A stretch of 64,000 bases of DNA, taken from an uncultured Actinomycetes bacterium (GTDB lineage: Bacteria; Actinomycetota; Thermoleophilia; UBA2241). This document shows, one piece after another, positions 19,060-28,515 of the stretch. Position 1 is the first letter of the stretch. Each line of letters opens with the position of its first letter. Below the pieces are notes generated by a model that saw nothing but the letters and a program-made list of their open reading frames with translations, had not been told where the DNA came from and ran no database searches. The stretch spans positions 32,001 to 96,000 of the forward strand of contig CAVPVX010000007.1 in assembly GCA_963709345.1 (NCBI GenBank), given 5' to 3'. The translations under genes and the position numbers were made by a program.

Positions 19060-19852
19060 TCAGCCGATGGCCGCCGGCTCGATCTCGTCGCGCAGGCGGC
19101 CCTTGAGCCGCAGGATGGCCTTGGTGTGCAGCTGGGAGACGCGCGACTCGGTGACTCCGAGCACCTCGCCGATCTCGCGCAGCGTCAGGTTCTCGTAGTA
19201 GTAGAGGGCGATGACGATCTTCTCGCGCTTGGGCAGGGCGTCGATCGCGGCGGCGAGACGCCCCTTCATCTCGCTGAGGTCGAGCATCCGTGAGGGATCC
19301 TTGCCCTTCGGATCCTCGATCGTGTCGATAAGCGCCGCCTGATCTCCGTCCGAGCCCGATATCGACCACAGCTCGTCGAGGGCCACGATGCTCGTGTTGG
19401 CGATCTGCGTGAGCGACTGGCGGAACTCGGCGACCGAGATATGCAGTTCTCGCCGCGATCTCGGCGTCGGTGGGGGCGCGCTGCAGACGGTTCTCCAGGG
19501 TGGCGCAGACCTTCTCGATGTCCCGCGCTTTGCTGCGCACCGATCGCGGCACCCAGTCGAGCGAGCGGAGCTCGTCGATGATCGAGCCCTTGATGCGCGA
19601 GATCGCATACGTCTCGAACTTGATCTCGCGCGCCGGGTCGAAGCGCTCGAGGGCGCCGATCAGGCCGAGGAGCCCGTAGCTGATGAGGTCGGACTCCTCG
19701 ATGTGCGAAGGCAGCCCGTTGCTCATGCGCCCCGCGACGTACTTGACGAGCGGCGAGTACGCGAGGATGAGGCGGTCTCGCGCCGCCTTGTCGCCCTGGA
19801 ACTTGTACCGGCTCCAGAGTTCCCTCACCTTGTGCTCGTCGAGTCGCGTCAT
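19060..19852 (-). CDS. whiG: RNA polymerase sigma factor, WhiG/FliA family (apparent frameshift near 19450)
   Basis: [50 protein letters not shown], then [27 protein letters not shown]. Confidence 0.93.
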
Positions 19853-19867
19853 CGTCGCCGGCTGCCC

Positions 19868-20833
19868 TCAGGCTCGCGGATGGTGCAGGTCGTATGTGCG
19901 CCGCAGATGCGCCCCGCTGACGTGCGTGTACACCTGCGTCGTGGACACCGACGCGTGCCCCAGGAGTTCCTGGATCGCGCGCAGGTCGGCGCCTCGCTCG
20001 AGCATATGCGTCGCGTACGCATGCCTCAGCATGTGCGGCGACGCCGCATCGATCCCCGCCCGTCGCCCGTATTTTACTACGAGACGGCGGACGTCTGAGG
20101 TGAGCAGCGCTCGCCCACTGCGCGAGAGCAGCAGCGGAGCCTCGCGCCGGGGAGCGGCGCCGGCCGCGCCGGCGCGCGCCGCGACGCCGCCGTGCGACTG
20201 CGGGCCGCGCGCCTCGAAGGCTCCCCTGCCACGCTCCAGGTATCGCTTCAGCGCCGCCGCGGTCTCTTCCCCCATGGGCACCACGCGTGTCTTGCCGCCC
20301 TTACCGTGCACGATCAGCTGCGCCTCTCCAGGTTTCACGTCGCCGAGGCGAAGGGCGACGACCTCCATGCTTCGCAGGCCACAGCCGTAGAGCAGTTCGA
20401 AGACGAGGCGGTCGCGCAACGCGAAGGGATCGGCGCCACCGGCTGCCGCAAGCAGCGCCTCCACATCGGCAAGGCTCAGGACGCGCGGGAGGCGACGGCG
20501 ACGGCGAGGCCCCGGCAGCGACCGGGTCGGGTCGGCCTCAAGCACGCCGCATTCGGTCAGGTATCGCGTCAGGCCGCGAAGGGTGGACAGCTTGCGCGCC
20601 GTCGTGGCCGGCGCGTACCCGCGACGGCCGAGCTCGGCGCTGAACGCCCGCACCTGACGGCGATCGAGATCATCGACGTTGAGACCGTGCTCGTCCAGCC
20701 ATTCAAGCAGCTGGCGCAGGTCTGACGAATACGAACGCCGCGTAGCGCTTCCAGAGCCCCGGACCTCGAGATCGCGGAGAAACCCCGCACAGCGTCCGCA
20801 CGGGTCCGCGTCCGTCGAACCGCGTCCTGTCAT
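19868..20833 (-). CDS. xerC: Tyrosine recombinase XerC
   Basis: LLYGCGLR, GKGGKTR, PHMLRHAYATHML, QELLGHAS.STTQVYT. Follows dprA. Confidence 0.92.
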   Translation of the reverse strand: MTGRGSTDADPCGRCAGFLRDLEVRGSGSATRRSYSSDLRQLLEWLDEHGLNVDDLDRRQVRAFSAELGRRGYAPATTARKLSTLRGLTRYLTECGVLEADPTRSLPGPRRRRRLPRVLSLADVEALLAAAGGADPFALRDRLVFELLYGCGLRSMEVVALRLGDVKPGEAQLIVHGKGGKTRVVPMGEETAAALKRYLERGRGAFEARGPQSHGGVAARAGAAGAAPRREAPLLLSRSGRALLTSDVRRLVVKYGRRAGIDAASPHMLRHAYATHMLERGADLRAIQELLGHASVSTTQVYTHVSGAHLRRTYDLHHPRA

Positions 20834-20974
20834 CTGATCCTGTCCGGAGCAACGCTCCCGCGGAGCGGGCACTGGGCACCCCCTGAGGCGCCCTAGCTTT
20901 CAACGCCCCGTTTCCTCCTTCCTGCCTCTCCGCACCACACGACGGTGAAACCGTCTCGCTCTCGCGCTCGGCAT

Positions 20975-22237
20975 CTACCGCCGCTGCAACCGATACCGGC
21001 CACCATCCGTGCGCCGCGCCAGCCCCTCGACCTCGAGCTCGCTGGCCGCAGCCGCCGCCTTCGACGCGGGGATACCGCAGCGCCGGGAGACCTCGTCGAC
21101 GGTCATGGCGCCGGTCTCGAGAGCGCGCAGCACTTTGCGCACCGCTCCCTCGCCGTGATCGAGGATGACGGCGTCCTCTGCGAGGAGCGCCGAGGAGCCG
21201 CGGTCGGCGTCCGGACCCGCCGGCGCGCCGGCGGCGATGCCCCGGATCACGTCCGCGGCGCTCTCGCACAGCTTGGCGCCGTCGCGAAGGAAGAGGTGCG
21301 GAGCCGCGCTCAGGCGGTGGCCCGCTTCGCCGGGAACACCGAACACCTCCCGCCCCAGATCCACCGCGAATCCACCGGTGATCCTGGCTCCGCTTCTCTC
21401 CGCGCCCTCGACAACCACGACGCCGCGAGCGAGTGCGGCCATCACGCGATTGCGCGCCGGGAAGCGCCAGCGGCGCGCACGCACGCCCCACGTGAACTCC
21501 GAGACGACCAGACCTCTCGCTGCGACCTGGGCGTGGAGTCGCGTGTTCTGCCGGGGGTACGCCACGTCGGCCCCGCATCCCAGCACGGCCACGGTCGCCG
21601 GCCGGTCGCTTCCACCGGGGGCCTCGAGAGCGGCGGACTGGGCCACCGCGTCGATTCCGAAGGCGAGACCGCTGACGACGATGAGCCCCGCGACCGTGAG
21701 GTCGCGCCCGAGCATGCGCGCCATGTCCTCGCCGTACGGCGACGGCGCGCGCGTGCCGACGACGGCGATGGACGGCACGAGAGCAAGCGCCGCGAGCCGC
21801 GCCTCGACCAACTCGCGCGACGGTCCTCGCACGAACAGGCACAGCGGCGGGTCGGGGAGCTTGCGGAGCTGAGCCGGGTACAGCGGGTCGCACCAGGCGA
21901 TCACGGAGTCCCCCGCCGGCCGTCGCCGCGCCGCCAGTGCGCACGCCTCCGGCCCGGCCGCGAGAGTCTCGGCGAAGCGCCGGGCGTCGGAGGCTTCGTC
22001 GGCGATGGGACCCGTAGAGGACCGCCCCCCGCTCTTGGACGCTCGCCCGGAAGCGCCGGCGCCCCGGGCACGCCGGGTCGCGTGGCGCACGATGTCCTGC
22101 GGGGGGTGGCCGAGGATCTCCCCCACCGAGCCGAACCGTTCCACCAGTCTCATGATGAAGCCCTGCCGCCACGAGGCGAGGGTCCCGAGCCACACACAGA
22201 GCGCGTCGGTCGAGACCCCGTCTGCGTCAGCGCGCAC
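20975..22237 (-). CDS. dprA: DNA-processing protein DprA
   Basis: DPPLCLF, IAVVGTR, VVSGLAFGID, FPARNRV, VVEGAERSG, C-terminal winged helix. Confidence 0.95.
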   Translation of the reverse strand: MRADADGVSTDALCVWLGTLASWRQGFIMRLVERFGSVGEILGHPPQDIVRHATRRARGAGASGRASKSGGRSSTGPIADEASDARRFAETLAAGPEACALAARRRPAGDSVIAWCDPLYPAQLRKLPDPPLCLFVRGPSRELVEARLAALALVPSIAVVGTRAPSPYGEDMARMLGRDLTVAGLIVVSGLAFGIDAVAQSAALEAPGGSDRPATVAVLGCGADVAYPRQNTRLHAQVAARGLVVSEFTWGVRARRWRFPARNRVMAALARGVVVVEGAERSGARITGGFAVDLGREVFGVPGEAGHRLSAAPHLFLRDGAKLCESAADVIRGIAAGAPAGPDADRGSSALLAEDAVILDHGEGAVRKVLRALETGAMTVDEVSRRCGIPASKAAAAASELEVEGLARRTDGGRYRLQRR

Positions 22238-23762
22238 GCCGGTCCCTCGCACGGTACGTGAGACTCTCGGAGAGGTGCTCGACGGCGATCGTCTCAGCGC
22301 CGGCAAGATCGGCGATGGTGCGCGCCACCTTGATCACGCGCTCGCAGGCGCGGGCGCTGAGCCGCAGGCCCTCGTACGCCCGGTCGAGCAGTGCGACCGC
22401 ATCCCGGTCGAGTGGGCAGAAGCGGCGCACGTCCCGGGGCGACATGTGCGCGTTGGCGTACACGCCGCTGCCGGCGAGTCGAGCGACCTGCCGCTCCCTG
22501 GCGGCGACCACGCGTTCCCGGACTGCCACCGACGATTCCGCGCCGCCCGCGAAGCGCCGGTCTCTCGGGGACACCCTCGGCACGTCCAGCCGAAGGTCGA
22601 TCCGGTCCAGCAGCGGTCCGCTGAGCCGGGCGCCGTACTGGCGCAGCCGATGCGCCGGGCAGACGCACTGGCGCTGATTGTCGCCGAGGTACCCGCAGGG
22701 GCACGGATTCATCGCCGCCACGAGCATGAGGCGCGCCGGGAAGGTGACCGACGCCAGGCGGCGGCTGATGGTGATCTCGCCGTCCTCGAGCGGCTGCCTC
22801 AGGGCCTCCAGCGCCGACAAGCGGTACTCCGGGAACTCGTCGAGGAAGAGGACGCCGAGATGGGCGAGGCTCACTTCACCCGGGCGCGGCGAGCCGCCGC
22901 CGCCCACCAGGCCCGGCGACGAGATCGTGTGGTGCGGGGCCCGGAAGGGCCGCCGGGCGACCAGGGGGCGCCCTTCCGGCAGCAGGCCCGCGACACTGTG
23001 GACCCTCGTGATCTCGATCGCCTCACCCGGCGTGAGTGGCGGCATGATGCCGGGGATGCGACGCGCGAGCATCGTCTTGCCGGCCCCGGGCGGGCCGGTC
23101 ATGAGCACGTTGTGCGAGCCGGCGACGGCCACCTCCATGGCCCGCCTGGCCTCCTGCTGGCCGGCGACATCCGCGAGGTCGGTGGTGACGTCCGGCGAAG
23201 CGGCCAGCAGGCTCCGCAGGTCGGCCGGCGGGGCGGCTGCGCCGCCGCCGGCCTCGAGATGCTCGACGGCCTCCTTGAGAGAACGCGCCGGGTAGACCTC
23301 GAGACCTGGGACGAGCGTCGCCTCGGCAGCGCTGGGCGCCGGCAGCACGACACCCCGGACGCTGCGGGCACGGAGGCTCTGCGCCAGCGCCAGCGTCCCG
23401 GCCACCGGACGCAGCGTGCCGTCGAGACCCAGCTCACCGAGCGCCGCCAGAGGACCGCGCCCATCGCACCCGTCGCGCACCTGACCGGTGGCGAGCAGGA
23501 AGGCGAGAGCGATGGGCAGATCGAACGACGGGCCCTCCTTGCGGAGGTCCGCGGGCGCGAGGTTCACGGTGATTCTCCGAGAGGGAAACGCGAACTCCGA
23601 GTTGACGATCGCCGCCCGCACACGCTCGCGGCTCTCCTGGACGGCGGCGTCGGGGAGTCCGACGATGCTGAACGCCGGCGCGGCGGCGACGATGTCGGCC
23701 TCGACCTCGACCGGGTGTCCCTGAAGGCCGTTCAGAGCCTCACTGGCGATACGTGCGAGCAT
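22227..23762 (-). CDS. comM: YifB/ComM Mg-chelatase-like AAA+ ATPase
   Basis: IVGLPDAAVQESRERV, NLAPADLRKEG, GPPGAGKTMLA, PFRAPHH, GVLFLDEFPE, AMNPCPCG. Confidence 0.96.
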   Translation of the reverse strand: MLARIASEALNGLQGHPVEVEADIVAAAPAFSIVGLPDAAVQESRERVRAAIVNSEFAFPSRRITVNLAPADLRKEGPSFDLPIALAFLLATGQVRDGCDGRGPLAALGELGLDGTLRPVAGTLALAQSLRARSVRGVVLPAPSAAEATLVPGLEVYPARSLKEAVEHLEAGGGAAAPPADLRSLLAASPDVTTDLADVAGQQEARRAMEVAVAGSHNVLMTGPPGAGKTMLARRIPGIMPPLTPGEAIEITRVHSVAGLLPEGRPLVARRPFRAPHHTISSPGLVGGGGSPRPGEVSLAHLGVLFLDEFPEYRLSALEALRQPLEDGEITISRRLASVTFPARLMLVAAMNPCPCGYLGDNQRQCVCPAHRLRQYGARLSGPLLDRIDLRLDVPRVSPRDRRFAGGAESSVAVRERVVAARERQVARLAGSGVYANAHMSPRDVRRFCPLDRDAVALLDRAYEGLRLSARACERVIKVARTIADLAGAETIAVEHLSESLTYRARDRRAR

Positions 23763-23782
23763 CGGCGCCCCCCTCCTCCAGA

Positions 23783-24157
23783 TCATCCATCCGAGGTGAA
23801 CGCGCCGGGCAGGTGGCGAACGCTCGCGGGTCGGCTCGAGGCGTCGACGGCGATGACATCGAAGCGAACGTCGTCGACACCGCGCAGCGCCCACGGGCGT
23901 ACGCCCAGCCACAGTTCGGCGAGCCGGGCCACCTGGCGCCGCTTGCGCGCGTCCACGCCGTCTTCCGGGGCGCCGAAGGTGGTCGTCCGCCGCGCCTTCA
24001 CCTCGACGAAGGCCAGCACGCCGGCGCGGCGCACGATGAGGTCGAGCTCCCCGCGGCCGACGCGCACGTTGCGGCCGAGGACGCACCACCCTCTGGCGAT
24101 GAGATACCGCGAGGCGGCCTCTTCGGCCGCACGACCCAGCTGTTGCCGTTCGTTCAT
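23783..24157 (-). CDS. yraN: YraN family endonuclease-like protein (UPF0102)
   Basis: LGRAAEEAA, GELDLI, FVEVKAR, RFDVIAV. Confidence 0.93.
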   Translation of the reverse strand: MNERQQLGRAAEEAASRYLIARGWCVLGRNVRVGRGELDLIVRRAGVLAFVEVKARRTTTFGAPEDGVDARKRRQVARLAELWLGVRPWALRGVDDVRFDVIAVDASSRPASVRHLPGAFTSDG

Positions 24158-24246
24158 GGGAGTCAGCGTAGCGGCCGCAGAGCACGCGTCATACGGTGCC
24201 GATCGCCCCGCTGGGGTGACGTTGGCCAAAGTCGAGCGGGCCGCCG

Positions 24247-24972
24247 TCAGGTATGCCGGAGCGCCTCCGGGGTGAGCTTCAGGCCGAGCTGCTCGTACGC
24301 CACGCTGTTGAAGGACATCCGGTGAAGCTCACAGACGCCGTGCGCGGCGATGGCGTCCCGGTGCGCGGCGGTGGCGTACCCGACGTGGCGGTCGAAGCCG
24401 TACTCCGGAAAACGGTCGTGCAGGGTGTGCATCAGGCGGTCGCGCGTCACTTTGGCGATGATCGAGGCGGCGGCGATGGCCGCGGAACGGTGATCGCCGC
24501 CCACGACGGCCCGGTGAGCCCGGCCACACCCCGGGAGCGCGAACCCGTCGACGAGCGTCACCCGCGGAGGCGGATCGAGACGCTCAACCGCCGCCGCCAG
24601 AGCCCCCAGGTTGCAGTTGTGCAGACCGTCGCGGTCGATGGTGCCCGCGGAGCAGGCGACGACGACGACTTGGCGGGCACGCGCGAGGATCTCCGTGTAC
24701 AGGGACGCGCGCCGGGAGGCGCTGAGCCGCTTCGAGTCGTCGAGTGCGGCGAGAGCCTCGAAGCCCGCGGCGCCGAGCGCCGCATAGTCAAGGCAGACGG
24801 CCGAGGCAACGAGAGGGCCGGCGAGACAACCGCGGCCGGCCTCGTCGGCGCCGGCGACGGCCGCGTCCCCGGCGCCGGCAGCCGCGATGTCGAAGGCGAA
24901 GCGCTCGTTCACGACCGCGGGGGCACGGCTACGCGCCCGCGCGAGCGACCTGACGGCCCGCGCGCGCCTCAC
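24247..24972 (-). CDS. rnhB: Ribonuclease HII (start may be 24912)
   Basis: GADEAGRGCLAGP, DDSKRL, IAAASIIAKVTRD, HRMSF. Confidence 0.96.
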   Translation of the reverse strand: MRRARAVRSLARARSRAPAVVNERFAFDIAAAGAGDAAVAGADEAGRGCLAGPLVASAVCLDYAALGAAGFEALAALDDSKRLSASRRASLYTEILARARQVVVVACSAGTIDRDGLHNCNLGALAAAVERLDPPPRVTLVDGFALPGCGRAHRAVVGGDHRSAAIAAASIIAKVTRDRLMHTLHDRFPEYGFDRHVGYATAAHRDAIAAHGVCELHRMSFNSVAYEQLGLKLTPEALRHT

Positions 24973-24987
24973 TGCCTCTTTCCGGCA

Positions 24988-25590
24988 TCACTCGGCGCCG
25001 CCGATGCGCCCCGGCGGCCAGTACAGGGCGAAGGCGTGCCCGACCAGCTGGTCTCGTGTGACCGGACCGAACTCCCGGCTGTCGCCGCTGTCGACACGGT
25101 TGTCGCCCATCATGAAGTAGCTGTCGGGCGGCACGGTGTACGGCTCCTGCAGCGACCAGGGCAGCCCGTTGTCGAACGGCTCGGTGGGTACGGCCTCGCC
25201 GTCGACCACGCGCACGTACGGCTCGTCGATGCGACTGCCGTTCACGTACACGTCGCCCTCGCTCAGCGTGATCGTGTCGCCGGGCACACCGACGATGCGC
25301 TTGATGAGCACGGGTCCCGGGAACGGGGGGTGAAAGACGACGATGTCGGAGCGTTTCGGCTCGGACACGCGCCAGGACACGCGATCGACGAGCACGCGAT
25401 CGCCGATGAGCAGCGTGTCCTCCATGGACTCCGATGGAATGCGGTACGGCTTGACCAGGAATGCCTGGATGAGCAGCGCCACCGCGACGGCGACGACCGC
25501 GAGGACGGCGTACTCGAGGAGGGTGCGGCCTGTGGAAGTCCTCTTGCCGCGCTTGCCGGCAGAATCGCCGCCGCTCGATGGTGTGCTCAT
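24988..25590 (-). CDS. lepB: Signal peptidase I (copy 2)
   Basis: IPSESMEDTL, LIKRIVG, MGDNRVDSGDSR. Confidence 0.95.
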   Translation of the reverse strand: MSTPSSGGDSAGKRGKRTSTGRTLLEYAVLAVVAVAVALLIQAFLVKPYRIPSESMEDTLLIGDRVLVDRVSWRVSEPKRSDIVVFHPPFPGPVLIKRIVGVPGDTITLSEGDVYVNGSRIDEPYVRVVDGEAVPTEPFDNGLPWSLQEPYTVPPDSYFMMGDNRVDSGDSREFGPVTRDQLVGHAFALYWPPGRIGGAE

Positions 25591-25618
25591 CGCCCTCCAG
25601 GTTCGTTGCGGGAGTCTA

Positions 25619-26185
25619 TCAAAGCGTGCGCAGGCGCGAGAACGGCCAATAGGTGGCGAACCCCTCGCCGATGATCGCGCTGCGCGGCACGGTGCCCCAG
25701 ACGCGGCTGTCGTCGCTGTCCATGCGGTTGTCGCCCATGACGAAGAAGGTGTCCCGCGGTACGCGGAAGGAATCCGCCAGAGACCACGGATCATGCAGCG
25801 TGCTGCCGGCGACCGAGCCCGCCGCCGTCGTAGGGTCGCGGCGGTCACCGGTGCGATGGACGAAGGGCTCGGCGGCGGCGCGGCCGTTCACGTACAGGCG
25901 CCCGTTGCGGATCTCGAGCTCATCGCCGGGCACGCCGACCACCCGCTTGATGAAGACCAGGCTGGGATCCTCGGGATACCGGAACACGATCACGTCGCCG
26001 CGCCCCGGCTCGCGCACATGGTAGACGATCCGGTTCACCAGGACCCGGTCGCCCGGGCGGAGCGTGTCGAGCATCGACTCCGAGGGGATGCGATACGGCT
26101 TGACCAGCCACGCCTGCACCGCCAGAGCCACGAGCACCGCCAGAACGGCGATGACGACGTACTCGAGGACGGTGGCGCGCTTCAC
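25619..26185 (-). CDS. lepB: Signal peptidase I (copy 1)
   Basis: IPSESMLDTL, FIKRVVG, MGDNRMDSDDSR. Confidence 0.95.
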   Translation of the reverse strand: MKRATVLEYVVIAVLAVLVALAVQAWLVKPYRIPSESMLDTLRPGDRVLVNRIVYHVREPGRGDVIVFRYPEDPSLVFIKRVVGVPGDELEIRNGRLYVNGRAAAEPFVHRTGDRRDPTTAAGSVAGSTLHDPWSLADSFRVPRDTFFVMGDNRMDSDDSRVWGTVPRSAIIGEGFATYWPFSRLRTL

Positions 26186-26213
26186 GGTGGAGCCGGCACG
26201 CGCCGCGGGCTGA

Positions 26214-26558
26214 CTAGCGCTGCTTCTCGCGGACCCGCGCCTGCTTGCCGACCTTCTGGCGCAAGTAGTACAGCTTGGCACGGCGCACGTCACCGATGGC
26301 CGTGACCTCGATGTGGTCGATCTTGGGCGAGTGCACGGGGAACGTGCGCTCGACACCGACGCCGAAGGACTGCTTGCGGACGGTGAACGTCTCGCGCACA
26401 CCCTCGCCCTGGCGCTTGATCACGATGCCCTGGAATACCTGGATGCGGTGGCGTGTGCCTTCGACGACCTTGAAGTGGACCTTCACGGTGTCGCCGGCCT
26501 TGAACTGCGGGATGTCGTCGCGAAGCTGCTCGCGCTCGATGTTCTCGATGATGTTCAC
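26214..26558 (-). CDS. rplS: 50S ribosomal protein L19
   Basis: [37 protein letters not shown]. Confidence 0.99.
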   Translation of the reverse strand: MNIIENIEREQLRDDIPQFKAGDTVKVHFKVVEGTRHRIQVFQGIVIKRQGEGVRETFTVRKQSFGVGVERTFPVHSPKIDHIEVTAIGDVRRAKLYYLRQKVGKQARVREKQR

Positions 26559-26655
26559 GGACCCTCGTCTTTCGTCAGAAAAGCGGCGGCTAGTCTAGCA
26601 GTGCGGGGCGATACGCGCAAAACCCGCGTGCGGCGCGGAGCCACAAGAGGGCATC

Positions 26656-27315
26656 TTACCGCTTTCGGACCTGCTCTGCCCGCCAGCCGGCGATCGCGGC
26701 GTGGTGCCCGCTGCGCAGCACCTCGGGCACTTCCCACCCGCGGAACTCGGCCGGACGCGTGTAGTGCGGGTACTCGGCGCCGCCCTCGAGGTCCGGAGCA
26801 TGCGACTCGCTGACGATGCTCTCGGGATTGCTGATCGCCCCCGGCAGCTTGCGCGTCACCGCGTCGAGGACGGCCATCGCCGCGATCTCGCCACCGGAGA
26901 GCACGTACGGGCCGATGGAGAGACGGTCCGTCACAAGGTGGGTGACGCGCTCGTCGATGCCCTCGTAGCGGCCGCAGAGCAACACGAGGTCGCCGCCGGC
27001 CAGCTCCTTGGCCAGGGTATCGTCGAGCTGGCGGCCCTTCGGGGTGAGCTCCACGACGCGGCGCCCGTCCTTGACGTCCTCGGCGACGCCGCCGAACACC
27101 GCTTCGAGGGCGGCGCAGACGACATCGATGCGGAGCACCATGCCGGCGCCCCCGCCGTAGGGCGTGTCGTCGACCTGCAGATGGCTCAGCGGTGTGTGAT
27201 CACGGTAGTTGGTGACCACGACCTCGTGTCCCAGGTCGGCCGCCGCCCGCAGGTGGACCTGGGCGAGGTACCACTCGAAGGCCTGGGGAAGCAGCGTGAA
27301 GACGTCGACGCGCAT
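26656..27315 (-). CDS. trmD: tRNA (guanine-37-N1)-methyltransferase
   Basis: VDDTPYGGGAGMV, CGRYEGIDER, YVLSGGE, EYPHYTRP. Confidence 0.98.
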   Translation of the reverse strand: MRVDVFTLLPQAFEWYLAQVHLRAAADLGHEVVVTNYRDHTPLSHLQVDDTPYGGGAGMVLRIDVVCAALEAVFGGVAEDVKDGRRVVELTPKGRQLDDTLAKELAGGDLVLLCGRYEGIDERVTHLVTDRLSIGPYVLSGGEIAAMAVLDAVTRKLPGAISNPESIVSESHAPDLEGGAEYPHYTRPAEFRGWEVPEVLRSGHHAAIAGWRAEQVRKR

Positions 27316-27318
27316 GGG

Positions 27319-27840
27319 TCAGGCCTCCTCCTCCGGCTCGTCCAGCAGACCGTCGACGACGCGTACGTCCCCGTGGTCGTCCAGGCTGACGATCTCGTCG
27401 ACCAGCGGCAGAAGGACCTCACCGCCGTCCGGCGCCCTCACCACCAGGATCTCGTGCGCGGGCGCCTCCAGCACGTCGGCGACTTCGCCGATGAGCCGGC
27501 CGGAGGCCGTCCGCGCCGCACGGCCGAGCAGGTCGCCCACACGGTAGTGCGGCTGCTCGTCCAGGTCGTCCCCGGACGCCAGCAGTTCCATGCCCTGGAG
27601 GGCGATCGCTTGCTCACGGGTCGCGGCGAGGTCGAGACGCACGAGAGGGCGCCGGTCGGTCCCGCCCACGCGCGTCAGCGCGCAGGGCCGGGGTTCACCG
27701 GCGCCCTCCGGAGCCACAAAGAAGCGCGCGCCCAGCCGCAGTCGCTCGAAGCCGCCGGGCGAGAGGTTGAGATACATCTCGCCGCACAGACCGTGCACCT
27801 TGCCGAGGACACCACACGTCCACAGGCTCGGCGAAGTCAT
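27319..27840 (-). CDS. rimM: Ribosome maturation factor RimM
   Basis: GVLGKVHGLCGE and a PRC barrel (GEVADVLEAPAHEILVV). Conserved position. Confidence 0.9.
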   Translation of the reverse strand: MTSPSLWTCGVLGKVHGLCGEMYLNLSPGGFERLRLGARFFVAPEGAGEPRPCALTRVGGTDRRPLVRLDLAATREQAIALQGMELLASGDDLDEQPHYRVGDLLGRAARTASGRLIGEVADVLEAPAHEILVVRAPDGGEVLLPLVDEIVSLDDHGDVRVVDGLLDEPEEEA

Positions 27841-27894
27841 GCCTCAGCGAGCGGTGTCACTCCGTCGCACCGCACGATGCCCCGCCCGAGGCGG

Positions 27895-28128
27895 TCAATC
27901 CACGATCTCCACGATGGCGCGTTTGCCGTCGCGGACGGCCGACGCCTTCACGATCGTGCGCAGAGCGCGAGCGATGCGACCCTGCTTGCCGATCACCTTG
28001 CCCACATCGTCCTTCGCCACTGAGAGCTCCAACACGACGGTGGTGTCGGTTTCCGTAGCCTCCACGTGGACCTCGTCTGGGCTGTCGACCAGCGACTTCG
28101 CCAGATACTCGAGCAGGTCCTTCAACAT
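27895..28128 (-). CDS. khpA: KH-domain RNA-binding protein KhpA
   Basis: DVGKVIGKQGRIARALRT, between rpsP and rimM. Confidence 0.95.
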   Translation of the reverse strand: MLKDLLEYLAKSLVDSPDEVHVEATETDTTVVLELSVAKDDVGKVIGKQGRIARALRTIVKASAVRDGKRAIVEIVD

Positions 28129-28164
28129 CCCACTACCCCCTCCGTCGTCTCCGAGGAGACCTGC

Positions 28165-28410
28165 CTACTTCTCGATGCCCTTGATCGCGAACAGTCGCTT
28201 GACCGTCCGCGAGGGCTGCGCGCCCTCGCCGAGCCACTTCTTCGCCTTCTCGGCGTCGACCTCGATGAACGAGGGCTCGGTGCGCGGGTTGTACTGACCG
28301 ATGGTCTCGATCGCACGGCCGTCACGACGCTCGCGGGAATCCACGACGACGATACGGTAGATCGGGTTCTTCGTGCTCCCTACCCGGGTCAATCTGATAC
28401 GCACTGCCAA
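28165..28410 (-). CDS. rpsP: 30S ribosomal protein S16
   Basis: [34 protein letters not shown]. Confidence 0.98.
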   Translation of the reverse strand: MAVRIRLTRVGSTKNPIYRIVVVDSRERRDGRAIETIGQYNPRTEPSFIEVDAEKAKKWLGEGAQPSRTVKRLFAIKGIEK

Positions 28411-28515
28411 CTGGTGTCACCCCCTCAGGGTAGTAGAACGGCGCGCTGCGACCGAGAGGTCGCAGCGGTGTGTGAACCTTACGCGACCCGGCTTCGGGCC
28501 GCAAGAACGTGTAGT

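Noticed and set aside
11500-19460. Frameshifts in dxr and whiG as programmed frameshifting or pseudogenes
   Set aside because: No slippery sequence is evident, both halves are well conserved, and the assembly shows indel errors elsewhere.
22227-23762. Mg-chelatase-like ATPase as a sign of chlorophyll or cobalamin synthesis
   Set aside because: The yraN-comM-dprA context identifies it as the competence-related YifB/ComM.
24988-26185. Tandem lepB duplication
   Set aside because: Multiple signal peptidases between rplS and rnhB are common in Actinomycetota.
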